Below are positions 48,823-58,062 of a DNA stretch of 64,000 bases, piece after piece. Numbering within the stretch: the first letter of the stretch is position 1; each line of letters opens with the position of its first letter. Where the stretch lies: positions 7,220 through 71,219 of the forward strand of contig CAYWPX010000002.1 in the NCBI GenBank assembly GCA_964460615.1, read 5' to 3'. This stretch comes from an uncultured Planctomycetia bacterium. Its GTDB lineage: Bacteria; Omnitrophota; Gorgyraeia; CAYWPX01. The notes beneath the pieces were generated by a model. The model had not been told where the DNA came from. It saw nothing but the letters and a program-made list of their open reading frames with translations, and did not search any database. A program made the translations under genes and the position numbers.

Positions 48823-50119
48823 CGGTAGGCTCCTTCAGATATTTATCCACGACATTCTGCGAAACATTCTGCCTGCCAACATAGGCTATATATCGGCGAA
48901 TGATCCCGTCTATGTACTTTGGCTCTATCTCCATGCCGTAGCAACGTCTGCCAAGACTTTCTGCAGCTATGAGACTGGACCCACTGCCAAGAAACCCATC
49001 GAATATAACGTCGCCCCTTACAGAGCTATTGCGGATTGCTCTGACCGGAAGCAAAGTGCTCTTCTGCGTCGGATGAATCAAGTCTGACGCCTTGTCCCTT
49101 GCCACTTCCCAGAGATTACTCTCATTCGTAGGGCCATACCACTTGTGTGGGGCGTTCTTAAGCCATGAAAAAATGCAGAACTCTGTTTGCTGGTTGTAGT
49201 CTCCATATGAAATCGCAAACGTAGGCTTAGCCCAAGTAATGATTGTTGAGATATGGAACCCAAGTTCTTTTAGTACTTGGTGAACAAAATAGAACTTGGC
49301 ATGCCCATTCCAAATATAGGCTGATGCCCCTTCTTTTAAATAGCGTCTTATATTGCTTAAGACGCTTTTAATCCATGCCTCATATTCTTCCTCGCTTAAA
49401 TTATCTTTATACAGCGCGTCCCATCGCTTGGATTTCTTGGGTCGTGCTGTAAGATCGGGGCGATCTTGGGCAAGATAGAAACAGCCGTACGGAGGGTCTG
49501 TATGGAGGAGATCTATTTTCGCATCTTGCATTAACATATCCATATCACTTTCTAATGCAGAGTCCCCACACATAATGCGATGGTTGCCTAACTGAATAAT
49601 ATCTCCTCTCTTGGTGATAGGCTCCTTAATGGCGGCAACTGCGGCTTCAAAATCGAAGTCATCCGGGTCCTTAGGCTCACGTAGCCCTTCTAAAAACTTG
49701 TCTACTTCAGAAGAGTCAAAGCCGGATAAACTTAAGTCTATATCCGGAAGCTTGCTTAACTCTTCAATTAGAAGTGGCAGCTTATCAAAATCCCATTCGC
49801 CTTGTATGCGATTTAATGCCAAATTTAAAAGCTTTTCCTTCTCTATGGAAAGGTCAACGATGACCACGTCTACCTCTTTATAGCCAAGCTCAATCAAGGC
49901 GCGTAGCCGCTGATTCCCTCCCACGACATGCCATGTTCGCGAGTTAACAATAAGCGGCTCGTAGCACTCGTAGGTCTTAATACTCTCCACGAGCTTCCTA
50001 AATTCATTTTTTCTCATCTTGCGCGTATTGTACGGCGCAAACTTTACCTGCTCAATAGGCAACTTGTCTCTTTTCATGGGTATTTTCCTTTTATTTTTTG
50101 TGTAAAAAATAGTCTGCAA
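48812..50119 (-). CDS. ParB-like nuclease domain fused to DNA N6-adenine/N4-cytosine methyltransferase (beta-class)
   Basis: N-terminal ParB/Srx motif HVVGGNQRLRAL; MTase motif IV LLHTDPPYG precedes motif I VIFDGFLGSGSS. Confidence 0.75.
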   Translation of the reverse strand: MQTIFYTKNKRKIPMKRDKLPIEQVKFAPYNTRKMRKNEFRKLVESIKTYECYEPLIVNSRTWHVVGGNQRLRALIELGYKEVDVVIVDLSIEKEKLLNLALNRIQGEWDFDKLPLLIEELSKLPDIDLSLSGFDSSEVDKFLEGLREPKDPDDFDFEAAVAAIKEPITKRGDIIQLGNHRIMCGDSALESDMDMLMQDAKIDLLHTDPPYGCFYLAQDRPDLTARPKKSKRWDALYKDNLSEEEYEAWIKSVLSNIRRYLKEGASAYIWNGHAKFYFVHQVLKELGFHISTIITWAKPTFAISYGDYNQQTEFCIFSWLKNAPHKWYGPTNESNLWEVARDKASDLIHPTQKSTLLPVRAIRNSSVRGDVIFDGFLGSGSSLIAAESLGRRCYGMEIEPKYIDGIIRRYIAYVGRQNVSQNVVDKYLKEPTDAK

Positions 50120-50414
50120 TCGCTCTCTCTGGTGTCACTGAATCCGGGAAGTTCACTACCCAGTGAATGCCAGTAAATCCACGTGTCAGTATTAGGTAGT
50201 TTTCATACACGACACATTCGTGCTTAGCTCGTGGAGGGCAACATCTTTTTGACTGTCTTTCTTCTGTAGTTTCTTTGTCGAAGAAGATCCTATTGCATCG
50301 TATGCAGATGACAAGCTTGCCTTGTTCTAGCGTCGCAAGTTTATCTTCAAGCGATACTCCACCCAACCACAGCTCCAGTTTCTTACATTTAATAATTTTG
50401 TTTTCGGGCTCCAT
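50091..50414 (-). CDS. hypothetical small zinc-ribbon-like protein
   Basis: CxxC...CC cysteines (ICIRCNRIF...KRCCPP). Confidence 0.3.
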   Translation of the reverse strand: MEPENKIIKCKKLELWLGGVSLEDKLATLEQGKLVICIRCNRIFFDKETTEERQSKRCCPPRAKHECVVYENYLILTRGFTGIHWVVNFPDSVTPERAIADYFLHKK

Positions 50415-50716
50415 TTTTTATCACCTCCTTTCCAATAGCCTTTCTTTTGGGCGGAGACAATAAAAAAAGGGCCCAAAAGAAGATAGAAATTCACATATTC
50501 AATTTCCATCCTCAATTGGGCCCCGATGCGTTGTTCTGGAATATGGCCCGGTACTTCTACGACTTATTACTTGTAAAAAAATAGCCCTAGCTCTCATTCA
50601 TTCTCATCATCAATTTTGAGCTAGGACTACAATATTCGACGTCAGCTTCACCGTCAAATTAAGTGTATCACAAAATGTTGAAATGTCAATGGCATATCAA
50701 GGAAGATGCATATTAA

Positions 50717-51826
50717 CTATTTTTGCCAAAGCGCCCATAAATCATATTCTTGAAATGCTTTTTTATTATCCGTTAAAAAATGCAAAGATTGTCGCCGACC
50801 CTTAGCAGCAGATCCTGCTTCATGAATTGTTAAAATCTTCCATCCCGTATCCTTCAAAGATTGTCTTAGTATATATACTGGATCGCTTTTCCTTGAATTG
50901 AGACTCCCGAAACGAACTATTAGCCGGGCGTTTTTCTCGCACTTGGTTCCCACATTTTCCCATACTTTTTTAAGCTCTGAACAAAAAATATCAACACTCG
51001 AATGATCAATTTGTCCACACGACGAATAATCAACTTCCGCCTTTCCACCAATAAACCATAACCTAAGCCATTGATCGGGTACATATGTACGCATGCCATA
51101 ATAAGGAGGCGATGTTATGACCCAATTAAATTTGTTCTGAATTTGAGAATATACCTTGGATTCACTACTATCTCCTAGAATAGCTTCCCCTTGTGCTTTA
51201 ATTTCATTACAATAATAACGTTCGGCTCTTCTTTTTATTATTTCAATCACATCTACTTTATTTGGCTGTAAATCCAATCTTTCCCAATATTTTATAGCAT
51301 AGTCGGGCTTGGGCGCATATGTTCTAGGACATTGATTCGATAAATAGCTGGGGAACGATTTAGTAACGGGCCCGTGAAGGGCGCCCATAATTATAGCGCG
51401 TAAAGCTCTTCGTGTTTCAGAAACGCAATTTTTCATTAGCCCTTCTCTTAAGCGGCACATAATTGGCAATACACTCTTATGATATGCTAAGCTCCAAAAT
51501 TCATTGTCTGGCATCTCAGCTGGTTTTTCAATTTCGTCCAGGATTCTTTTTGCAGAATTTACAATCATTGCCGGAGATGTATTAGCTAACTTTGCTTGAG
51601 TTATTGCAACTGCAGTAGGATTACTATCTATTCCTATTGATGATAATTTTAAAGAACGGCTGGCATAATTTGTTGTTCCTCGTCCGCAAAAAGGATCTAA
51701 AACCCATTGTCCTTCTTTTGCATATTTCTTTAATATAGAAAAAGGGAAAACTAGCGGAAACATTGTAAAGTAGGGACAAATCGCATTAAGCGTATAATCT
51801 TTTTTTTGTTTAATCAGCTTGCTCAA
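50717..51826 (-). CDS. DNA methyltransferase (motif I DPFCGRGTT near N-terminus, motif IV TSPPYYG about 190 aa later)
   Basis: An SAM-binding FxGxG-type motif and an SPPY catalytic motif (SPPY/F is common in N4-cytosine MTases). Its start overlaps the HerA-like gene stop by 4 bp (ATGA). Confidence 0.7.
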   Translation of the reverse strand: MSKLIKQKKDYTLNAICPYFTMFPLVFPFSILKKYAKEGQWVLDPFCGRGTTNYASRSLKLSSIGIDSNPTAVAITQAKLANTSPAMIVNSAKRILDEIEKPAEMPDNEFWSLAYHKSVLPIMCRLREGLMKNCVSETRRALRAIIMGALHGPVTKSFPSYLSNQCPRTYAPKPDYAIKYWERLDLQPNKVDVIEIIKRRAERYYCNEIKAQGEAILGDSSESKVYSQIQNKFNWVITSPPYYGMRTYVPDQWLRLWFIGGKAEVDYSSCGQIDHSSVDIFCSELKKVWENVGTKCEKNARLIVRFGSLNSRKSDPVYILRQSLKDTGWKILTIHEAGSAAKGRRQSLHFLTDNKKAFQEYDLWALWQK

Positions 51827-53946
51827 GATGACTTCTTTCCTGTTTTCACATAAGTTTTATTATCACGCTGAGAGTTTCTAAATGAATGCCATGCTTCATT
51901 TTGTGTTCCAAAAATGGTATTTAACGCCTTGGGAACAAGGGCATAAGCTATCTCATCTTTATTTTCAAGAGTATCGGGTAATTTTGAAAGGAGAAACGCC
52001 TTAATAGCCCCGTATGCTGCTCCATCGCCTTTTATTGCATCTATTAATTTCTTATCGTTCTTTAGCGCTTCGACAGCGCTGTTTTCATACACTTCTTTTG
52101 GGTCTGTTACCTTCTCGCTTTCAGCGGATGCAGAAATAGCATCAGTGCCTATTTCTGATGTCGATGCTTTCTTTTCAACCTTTATTGCCTTCTGAAGCAT
52201 TTCATCGAATTTCTTTTTTAATTCCTTCGCATATGTATCAACTGCTGCTTTATTATAGTGAGGATCTAACGTTTTAAATAAGTACTCAAAAGAAAGTACA
52301 CGAATTGGCAAAGGATAGGGTGTACCACCTTCTGAACTCCAAAACACACCTTGTCCTTTAATAGGCTCGTTTAAGAGTCCACTTAAAAGATCTTCACTAA
52401 AATGTGCATTGGCCTTTTTTGTTGCTGACAGATCCGCCATTGATAACAAGTGAAATATAAACCAATTGTCGCCCTGGCTTAAAATCTCCACGGGGATACT
52501 TCCTGGCTGTTGAGTAATCAATAAAGCTCCTAAATCATACTTTCTACCTTCCTTTACCCAAGTTATATACGGCTCCGCAGAGGTAGCGTTTTCATTTAAA
52601 ACTGACTGAGCTTCTTCAACAACTGCAATAGTAGGTATCGTTTTTGGTTCTGCTTCGGTAAACTCCTGTTGATTTCTATCGAATATTCTTCGTAAAATTA
52701 AACCAGATAGAATTAATGCTTGCCCTCCCCTCATCTGGGAGACATCCACAATGCACAATTTACCTTCACCAAGAGCATGTATTAATAGGTCCATCATCTG
52801 GCTAGTTCTATCATGGATCATTCTGATTATGGCAGTCATATTAGCGCGGGCAGCCAATGCTTCAGCTTCTTGGCTATCTTTAAGTTCTAGAATACGGCTA
52901 ACATCTTCTAATGCGGCAGAGTTGCCGTTATTATCAATCAGATTAACTAATTCTTCCCATCGATTCGAAGGTAGCCCTTTTAATTTTCTTACATTCTGCT
53001 GCTCCTGCTTATCTGGACTCAACGCGATCGCAACAACATCTGCTGGCTTTAATCTTCTGATGTCCAATTTAATCCCACCCGCTACAAAAGACTGATAGAA
53101 TTTACTTTTGTTTTGCCTTGAAGTAAATACAACGACTTTATCCTGCAATGCCGGGACATCGCATAATCCAGGCCTACCCTTATCATCTGGCCAAAAATAT
53201 TCTCCATCGGGATCAAAAATTACTGTGCCTACAGGGACTTTCTTATTTCCTTTTTTTGTAACTGTTGGGGTTGATTCATATAGTTTGCTAAAAAGCAATT
53301 TGTTAAGATTTGATTTACCAAAACCAGCCCTTGCAAAAACAAAGCTTCTACGCGAGACTAGTTTATCGATGGGAAATTTTATCAATACTTCGGGGGCTTT
53401 GAGTTGCATCCAATCTTTTACTTCTAATACTTTACTTTTCTCAGCGTAAATATATTCTCCTAAAGCAAAATGTCCAATACTCGCTCCGTCAATATTATGG
53501 CTGGCTATTTCCTTTAAAACGTCTTCGGATAAGAAAGCTACTTTGCTTCCAACATGCGGGAGACGCCTATGCGAAGGTACAAACGTAAGTTTACCATGAG
53601 AATTAGTTCGAACTACTCCTAAAACTCTTATATCAACTCGATACTTAAGATATTGCTCACGTAAATCTTCTGGCACATCACGTTTATCCCGGAGCGCCCT
53701 AATATTAAATTCTTCACCGGAGTCAGAAGAAAGCTTTCCTTCTGCGCAAAAAGACGTTATTCTTCCTAAGACAGCTTCCTCAGCAGTTTCAAGCTGAACT
53801 AGAAGAAATTGCCCATGCATAGGTAAATTTTGGAATTCATTCTTATAAGGAAGGATTAAATCCGCATGAAATTCCAATCCACCTTGTGTAAACCCCTTAA
53901 AGACACCCACAACTTGGTCGGTTGGGAACAATTCTATTTTTGACAT
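51823..53946 (-). CDS. HerA/FtsK-type ATPase (HerA-like helicase)
   Basis: Walker A FARAGFGKSN, Walker B IAVVEEAQ, and downstream LLITQQPGSI, a TQ(R)P-type motif characteristic of the HerA/FtsK clade. An N-terminal barrel-like region precedes the ATPase core. Confidence 0.55.
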   Translation of the reverse strand: MSKIELFPTDQVVGVFKGFTQGGLEFHADLILPYKNEFQNLPMHGQFLLVQLETAEEAVLGRITSFCAEGKLSSDSGEEFNIRALRDKRDVPEDLREQYLKYRVDIRVLGVVRTNSHGKLTFVPSHRRLPHVGSKVAFLSEDVLKEIASHNIDGASIGHFALGEYIYAEKSKVLEVKDWMQLKAPEVLIKFPIDKLVSRRSFVFARAGFGKSNLNKLLFSKLYESTPTVTKKGNKKVPVGTVIFDPDGEYFWPDDKGRPGLCDVPALQDKVVVFTSRQNKSKFYQSFVAGGIKLDIRRLKPADVVAIALSPDKQEQQNVRKLKGLPSNRWEELVNLIDNNGNSAALEDVSRILELKDSQEAEALAARANMTAIIRMIHDRTSQMMDLLIHALGEGKLCIVDVSQMRGGQALILSGLILRRIFDRNQQEFTEAEPKTIPTIAVVEEAQSVLNENATSAEPYITWVKEGRKYDLGALLITQQPGSIPVEILSQGDNWFIFHLLSMADLSATKKANAHFSEDLLSGLLNEPIKGQGVFWSSEGGTPYPLPIRVLSFEYLFKTLDPHYNKAAVDTYAKELKKKFDEMLQKAIKVEKKASTSEIGTDAISASAESEKVTDPKEVYENSAVEALKNDKKLIDAIKGDGAAYGAIKAFLLSKLPDTLENKDEIAYALVPKALNTIFGTQNEAWHSFRNSQRDNKTYVKTGKKSS

Positions 53947-53957
53947 AAATAACTCCT

Positions 53958-55088
53958 TTAGTATCGCTTTTGCGACGGGTCGGTATCTTGAAGATGAAAT
54001 GTATCTAATTTAGGTGATTCCTTACCTAACACATTACGGATAGCATCAAAAATTTGATCTTGCAATATATCAAAATCGAAATCAACTAATGCAGCGTTTT
54101 CATGTGCTTTTTGAAGGCACAGAGGATAGAATGGTATAGGAAAACCATTAATCGCATCTGCGAGTAGATGCCCAAGAATTGTTTGAGCCTGTGGAGTTTG
54201 AGGCATAAAAATATCCACTGGCCAAATCGGATCTCTGGGACTATTCCCAAATTTAACAAAATACATTTTACCCGCAACAAATTTATTTACTTCTCCTTCG
54301 GTGTCTTCACCACGGGCATATTCGGACCACACATATGCCTTCTCTTCAATCTCCTGTGGTATTTCAACATAGGCAGGATAATCACAGTCAAGTATATTCT
54401 CCAGTGCCATTGTTAGACGATAGCGAGATAATACCTTGCTGTGTTTTGCGAGACCAACCAGAAATATCTTCCTGCGTTTTTCTTTTTGTTGTTTTTCAAT
54501 CATCTTACCTAGATTTTCTCTATATTTCTTAAAAAGGTCTTTTGCAAATACTTTGCTACGCAGCAATCCATCGAAAACAATCAATGTATCTGTGCCAAAG
54601 TCTTTTTTCATAACTGAATAAAGAATCGCCCACTCTACAAGCTCTCTATAAACCTGAACCCAACTAATGCTAACCGGCTGATCATTATCGTTACTTCTGA
54701 TCATATGACTTAATTCGGTTAACTGTTTTACTCCTAAATCATACATCATTTCACCAAGGGCTGTTTTAGGGGTACCATTTGCGTTGAACTGTCGAGCGGT
54801 TAACTGTGAAACCTTGGTAGTAGGCGTAATAGCCTCTAAGCAATATTCGTTGTTACTAGAGTCTACAACCCTAATAATCTGAACCAAAAAGGGATCGAAC
54901 TGGACTTGATTATTTCCACCATCGGTTCCTACGAGTGAAATGGATGTGGTGCTTCTTGATTGGATTTTGCGAACGTTGGCTTTTAAAGGCTGGATTTCTT
55001 TTCTTAATTGATCGAGTATTGCTTTATCTGATTTTATGCGCTCTGATATTTCACTTTTAAGTAGCTTTTGACTGTTTGGGTCTATCAT
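53958..55088 (-). CDS. NurA-like nuclease (candidate)
   Basis: SLVGTDGGNNQ and IVFDGLLRS resemble the two DG(S/L) catalytic-aspartate motifs of NurA. A 12-bp gap to the HerA-like gene with a GGAG RBS gives the canonical nurA-herA order. Confidence 0.4.
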   Translation of the reverse strand: MIDPNSQKLLKSEISERIKSDKAILDQLRKEIQPLKANVRKIQSRSTTSISLVGTDGGNNQVQFDPFLVQIIRVVDSSNNEYCLEAITPTTKVSQLTARQFNANGTPKTALGEMMYDLGVKQLTELSHMIRSNDNDQPVSISWVQVYRELVEWAILYSVMKKDFGTDTLIVFDGLLRSKVFAKDLFKKYRENLGKMIEKQQKEKRRKIFLVGLAKHSKVLSRYRLTMALENILDCDYPAYVEIPQEIEEKAYVWSEYARGEDTEGEVNKFVAGKMYFVKFGNSPRDPIWPVDIFMPQTPQAQTILGHLLADAINGFPIPFYPLCLQKAHENAALVDFDFDILQDQIFDAIRNVLGKESPKLDTFHLQDTDPSQKRY

Positions 55089-55226
55089 TGGCCAACCTGG
55101 TTATTTATCATAATTATCTTATATTATACAGCTTATAGCACCATTCGCAATCGAAAAATACCTCTCTATTTACCTTGCTATATCTCTGATTGTATGGCCC
55201 TATTGACCTAAGGAAAGGAGGCCAAA

Positions 55227-55670
55227 ATGAGCGAGATAAATGCACTTAAAAACGCGTCGGCCGAAGAGCTACTTAGGCAATATAAAGAGCTCTATGGCGA
55301 GGATGCTGCCAGTAGCCATAAGCTTTATTTATGGCGAAAGGTCGCCTATAAGCTGCAAGAGCGCGAACATGGCTGCCTATCAGCCAAGGCTAAGAATCGG
55401 CTAAAGAGCCTTATCGAGGAATACGATCCGATAAATAATAAGGCGCTAAGGCCTGACAACCCTGTAGTAAGCCAGACCGCTCCCGGCAAAGATAAACGTA
55501 TACCGATTCCGGGAACGGTGATAACAAAGGATTATAAAGGCTCAAACTACAAGGTCAAAGTCTTAGAAGCAGGCTTCGAGTATGACGGAAAGATCTATAA
55601 GACGCTATCAGCCATTGCTAAGGAAATAACCGGGGCACATTGGAACGGATATCTGTTCTTTAATTTGTAG
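55227..55670 (+). CDS. DUF2924-family protein (typical partner of large serine recombinases)
   Basis: 147 aa, AAGGAGG RBS, sits directly upstream of the recombinase with an 8-bp gap. Confidence 0.5.
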   Translation: MSEINALKNASAEELLRQYKELYGEDAASSHKLYLWRKVAYKLQEREHGCLSAKAKNRLKSLIEEYDPINNKALRPDNPVVSQTAPGKDKRIPIPGTVITKDYKGSNYKVKVLEAGFEYDGKIYKTLSAIAKEITGAHWNGYLFFNL

Positions 55671-55678
55671 GAGGTTTT

Positions 55679-57274
55679 ATGGAAAAGGTTGAAAAGAAAA
55701 AGGTACGCTGCGCTATTTATACACGTGTATCGACATCAGAAGGATTGGAACAAGAGTTTACTTCCCTAGACAATCAGCGCGAGTCCGCTGAAAGCTACAT
55801 CGCCAGCCAGAAGTCAGAAGGATGGACGGCTTTGCCAGAACGTTATGACGATCCTGGCTACACTGGCGCTAATACTGACCGCCCAGCCCTGCAAAAGCTC
55901 ATGGCTGATATCAAAGAAGGTAAGATTGACTCAGTGGTAACTTATAAAGTAGATAGGCTTTCGCGATCACTGCTCGATTTTAGCCAACTCCTAGAGTTCT
56001 TTGAGCAACATAGCGTAACATTCGTTTCTGTAACGCAGCATTTTAACACCAATACTTCAATGGGTCGGCTTACCTTGAATATACTCCTCTCCTTCGCACA
56101 GTTCGAGCGCGAGATCATCTCAGAGCGCACACGCGACAAGATGGGCGCAGCCAAGAAAAAAGGCAAATGGATCGGCGGCAGACCGCCTTTAGGCTATGAT
56201 TTAGATAAGGTTAACCATAAGCTGGTTATAAACCCGAAGGAAGCTAATCTTGTTAAAGAGATCTTCGGCCTTTACTTAGAAAAGCGCTCTCTTCTATCGG
56301 TAGCAATAGCGCTGAATAGCAAGAATCATACCACAAAAAGCTATACAGCTTCTGATGGCAAGAAGTTTGGCAGTGTAAAGTTTAAAAGCACAAGCGTTCA
56401 GCTAATAGTTAAAAATCCGCTATATATCGGCAAAGTAAGCTACCACGGACAGATTTATCCAGGCGAGCAGGAACGTATAATATCCGATGAGATATTCCAA
56501 AAAGCCCACCAAATACTGGCTGATAACCGACGAGAACGCAAAGTGGCTGGCATTACGAGCAACGTGGGCCTCCTTAACGGCATCTTGCGCTGTAAGGCCT
56601 GCAATAGCACCATGTACTACATCTACAGCATGAAAGGCAAAAACAAGTACTATTATTACCTTTGTATGAACGCGCAGAAACGAGGTTATAAAAGCTGCCC
56701 CACGCGCTTAGTCGCAGCCCAAGTAATGGAGAATAGATTTATGGAGTTCTTGAGGTCGATATCCAAAGACCCGAGGATCGAACCTAAAGCCTGGGAAAAG
56801 TTAACCCTCGAAGAAAAGATACCTATCCTTAAATCAATCGCCAAGGTTGCGCATTACGACGCTCATAACGAAACCTTAGAGATAGTGCTGCATAAGGGCG
56901 ATAGAAGCCACGAATTTGCGCTTAAACTGGCCGAGTTAAAGCATATACCGCATCATCGCAGACAGCTCGAGGTTAGCAAGGAACCGCTTGTACGCCAAAA
57001 CCTGATCCTAGGATACCAGATAGACGCGATTTCCAAAGAACGAGGCCGAAGCTTGCGAGAGATCGCAAATTGGCTCGGCATGAACCACCCAAGGCTCTGC
57101 CAGATCGTCAACATGCTGCTCCTCTCGCCTAAAATACAAGAGGAGATCCTCCTCTCCGATAACAAGGCGCTATTCAACATCCCCGAATACAAACTACGCG
57201 ATGTAATCGCAGAGGTCAGCTGGGATAAGCAGCAGGAAGTCTGGAATAAGCTCGTCAAATCCTGCCAAAACTGA
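55679..57274 (+). CDS. large serine recombinase (resolvase/invertase catalytic domain, recombinase domain, zinc ribbon)
   Basis: VRCAIYTRVSTSEGLEQEFTSLDNQRE...DRLSRSL carries the catalytic Ser; CKACNST...C zinc ribbon; 531 aa. Confidence 0.85.
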   Translation: MEKVEKKKVRCAIYTRVSTSEGLEQEFTSLDNQRESAESYIASQKSEGWTALPERYDDPGYTGANTDRPALQKLMADIKEGKIDSVVTYKVDRLSRSLLDFSQLLEFFEQHSVTFVSVTQHFNTNTSMGRLTLNILLSFAQFEREIISERTRDKMGAAKKKGKWIGGRPPLGYDLDKVNHKLVINPKEANLVKEIFGLYLEKRSLLSVAIALNSKNHTTKSYTASDGKKFGSVKFKSTSVQLIVKNPLYIGKVSYHGQIYPGEQERIISDEIFQKAHQILADNRRERKVAGITSNVGLLNGILRCKACNSTMYYIYSMKGKNKYYYYLCMNAQKRGYKSCPTRLVAAQVMENRFMEFLRSISKDPRIEPKAWEKLTLEEKIPILKSIAKVAHYDAHNETLEIVLHKGDRSHEFALKLAELKHIPHHRRQLEVSKEPLVRQNLILGYQIDAISKERGRSLREIANWLGMNHPRLCQIVNMLLLSPKIQEEILLSDNKALFNIPEYKLRDVIAEVSWDKQQEVWNKLVKSCQN

Positions 57275-57328
57275 GCCATTAACTAGAGATAAATCTAGCC
57301 AATAATTCGCCAATTCCTAGTTAATGGC
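57275..57328. repeat. 12-bp perfect inverted repeat GCCATTAACTAG / CTAGTTAATGGC (30-nt spacer) immediately after the recombinase stop; candidate att/recombinase-binding site or terminator
   Basis: Arms at 57275-57286 and 57317-57328. Confidence 0.5.
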
Positions 57329-57532
57329 ATTTCTGTCGCTATAATTTCGCGCAAATCTCGCCCATAAAGCATTAACTACGGGAGACTAAAATCAGGCCAC
57401 TTCAGAGATAAATCGCGCCTTTTGGGCGATCTGTGTGCGCTATCTGGAGAAATTTTACATGCATAAAAAGAAAAGCGCACTTCCGTCGGAAGATGCGTTA
57501 AAACTAATGCCCTAACTCTTTAACACGTAAAG

Positions 57533-57575
57533 ACAAAGGAAAAGCCCTGATCGCGTTAAGTAATCAGGGCTATAA
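57533..57575 (-). terminator. Rho-independent terminator 3' of tRNA-His (copy of the element at 13693-13735)
   Basis: GCCCTGAT-tacttaacgcg-ATCAGGGC followed on the minus strand by TTTTCCTTTGTCTTT. Confidence 0.5.
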
Positions 57576-57608
57576 ACCTCTCTCCTCTCTGAATCAGGAG
57601 ATAATTAT

Positions 57609-57686
57609 TGGGGTGGGTAACCGGATTTGAACCGGCGACGTCTTGAGCCACAGTCAAGTGCTCTGCCAGGCTGAGCTATACCCACC
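57609..57686 (-). tRNA. tRNA-His (GUG)
   Basis: Minus strand: G-1 then GUGGGUA acceptor; anticodon loop CUGUGGC (GUG); T-loop GGTTCAAATCC; discriminator C73; encoded CCA. Cloverleaf folds by hand. Confidence 0.85.
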
Positions 57687-57855
57687 TTATTAACTTACTA
57701 TGCGAAGTCCGCCATTTTTATGGCAGGCTGCCTGCCCGCCAATGTTTGTGGCGGGAGCTATACCCACCGTAAAACAGTTACCAGTATACAGTGGACAGTT
57801 AACAGTCAAAGCTTTTTTAAACTGTCAACTGTTGTCTGTGAACTGTAAACAAAAT

Positions 57856-57932
57856 TGGTCGGGGCGCTCAGATTCGAACTGAGGACCCCTTGCTCCCAAA
57901 GCAAGTGCGCTAGCCAGCTGCGCTACGCCCCG
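57856..57932 (-). tRNA. tRNA-Pro (UGG)
   Basis: CGGGGCG acceptor paired with CGCCCCG; anticodon stem CTTGC/GCAAG with loop TTTGGGA (UGG); T-loop TTCGAAT; ACCA end. Confidence 0.85.
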
Positions 57933-58062
57933 ACAAATAATTATTTCAGCGTGTCCCTTTAGGGACTACGCCCCTATAATGCAGTTTTAAGTCTTAAGTT
58001 CTAAGTTGTAAGTTTATATTTTGGTCTTACTACTTACAGCTAACAACTTAGAGCTGTATTTA

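Larger units (their letters stand above)
46034..57340. mobile_element. integrative element / degenerate prophage remnant adjacent to tRNA-His (serine-recombinase type)
   Basis: Carries terminase large and small-like genes, a ParB-MTase, a DUF2924 plus large serine recombinase pair at the tRNA-proximal end, and a visibly higher-GC segment at 55.2-57.3 kb. No capsid, portal or tail genes. A 12-bp inverted repeat follows the recombinase stop. Confidence 0.6.

Noticed and set aside
57986-58013. Four tandem TAAGTNN heptamers between tRNA-Pro and tRNA-Arg
   Set aside because: Too short and too few units for a CRISPR array or a meaningful satellite; no cas genes in the window.
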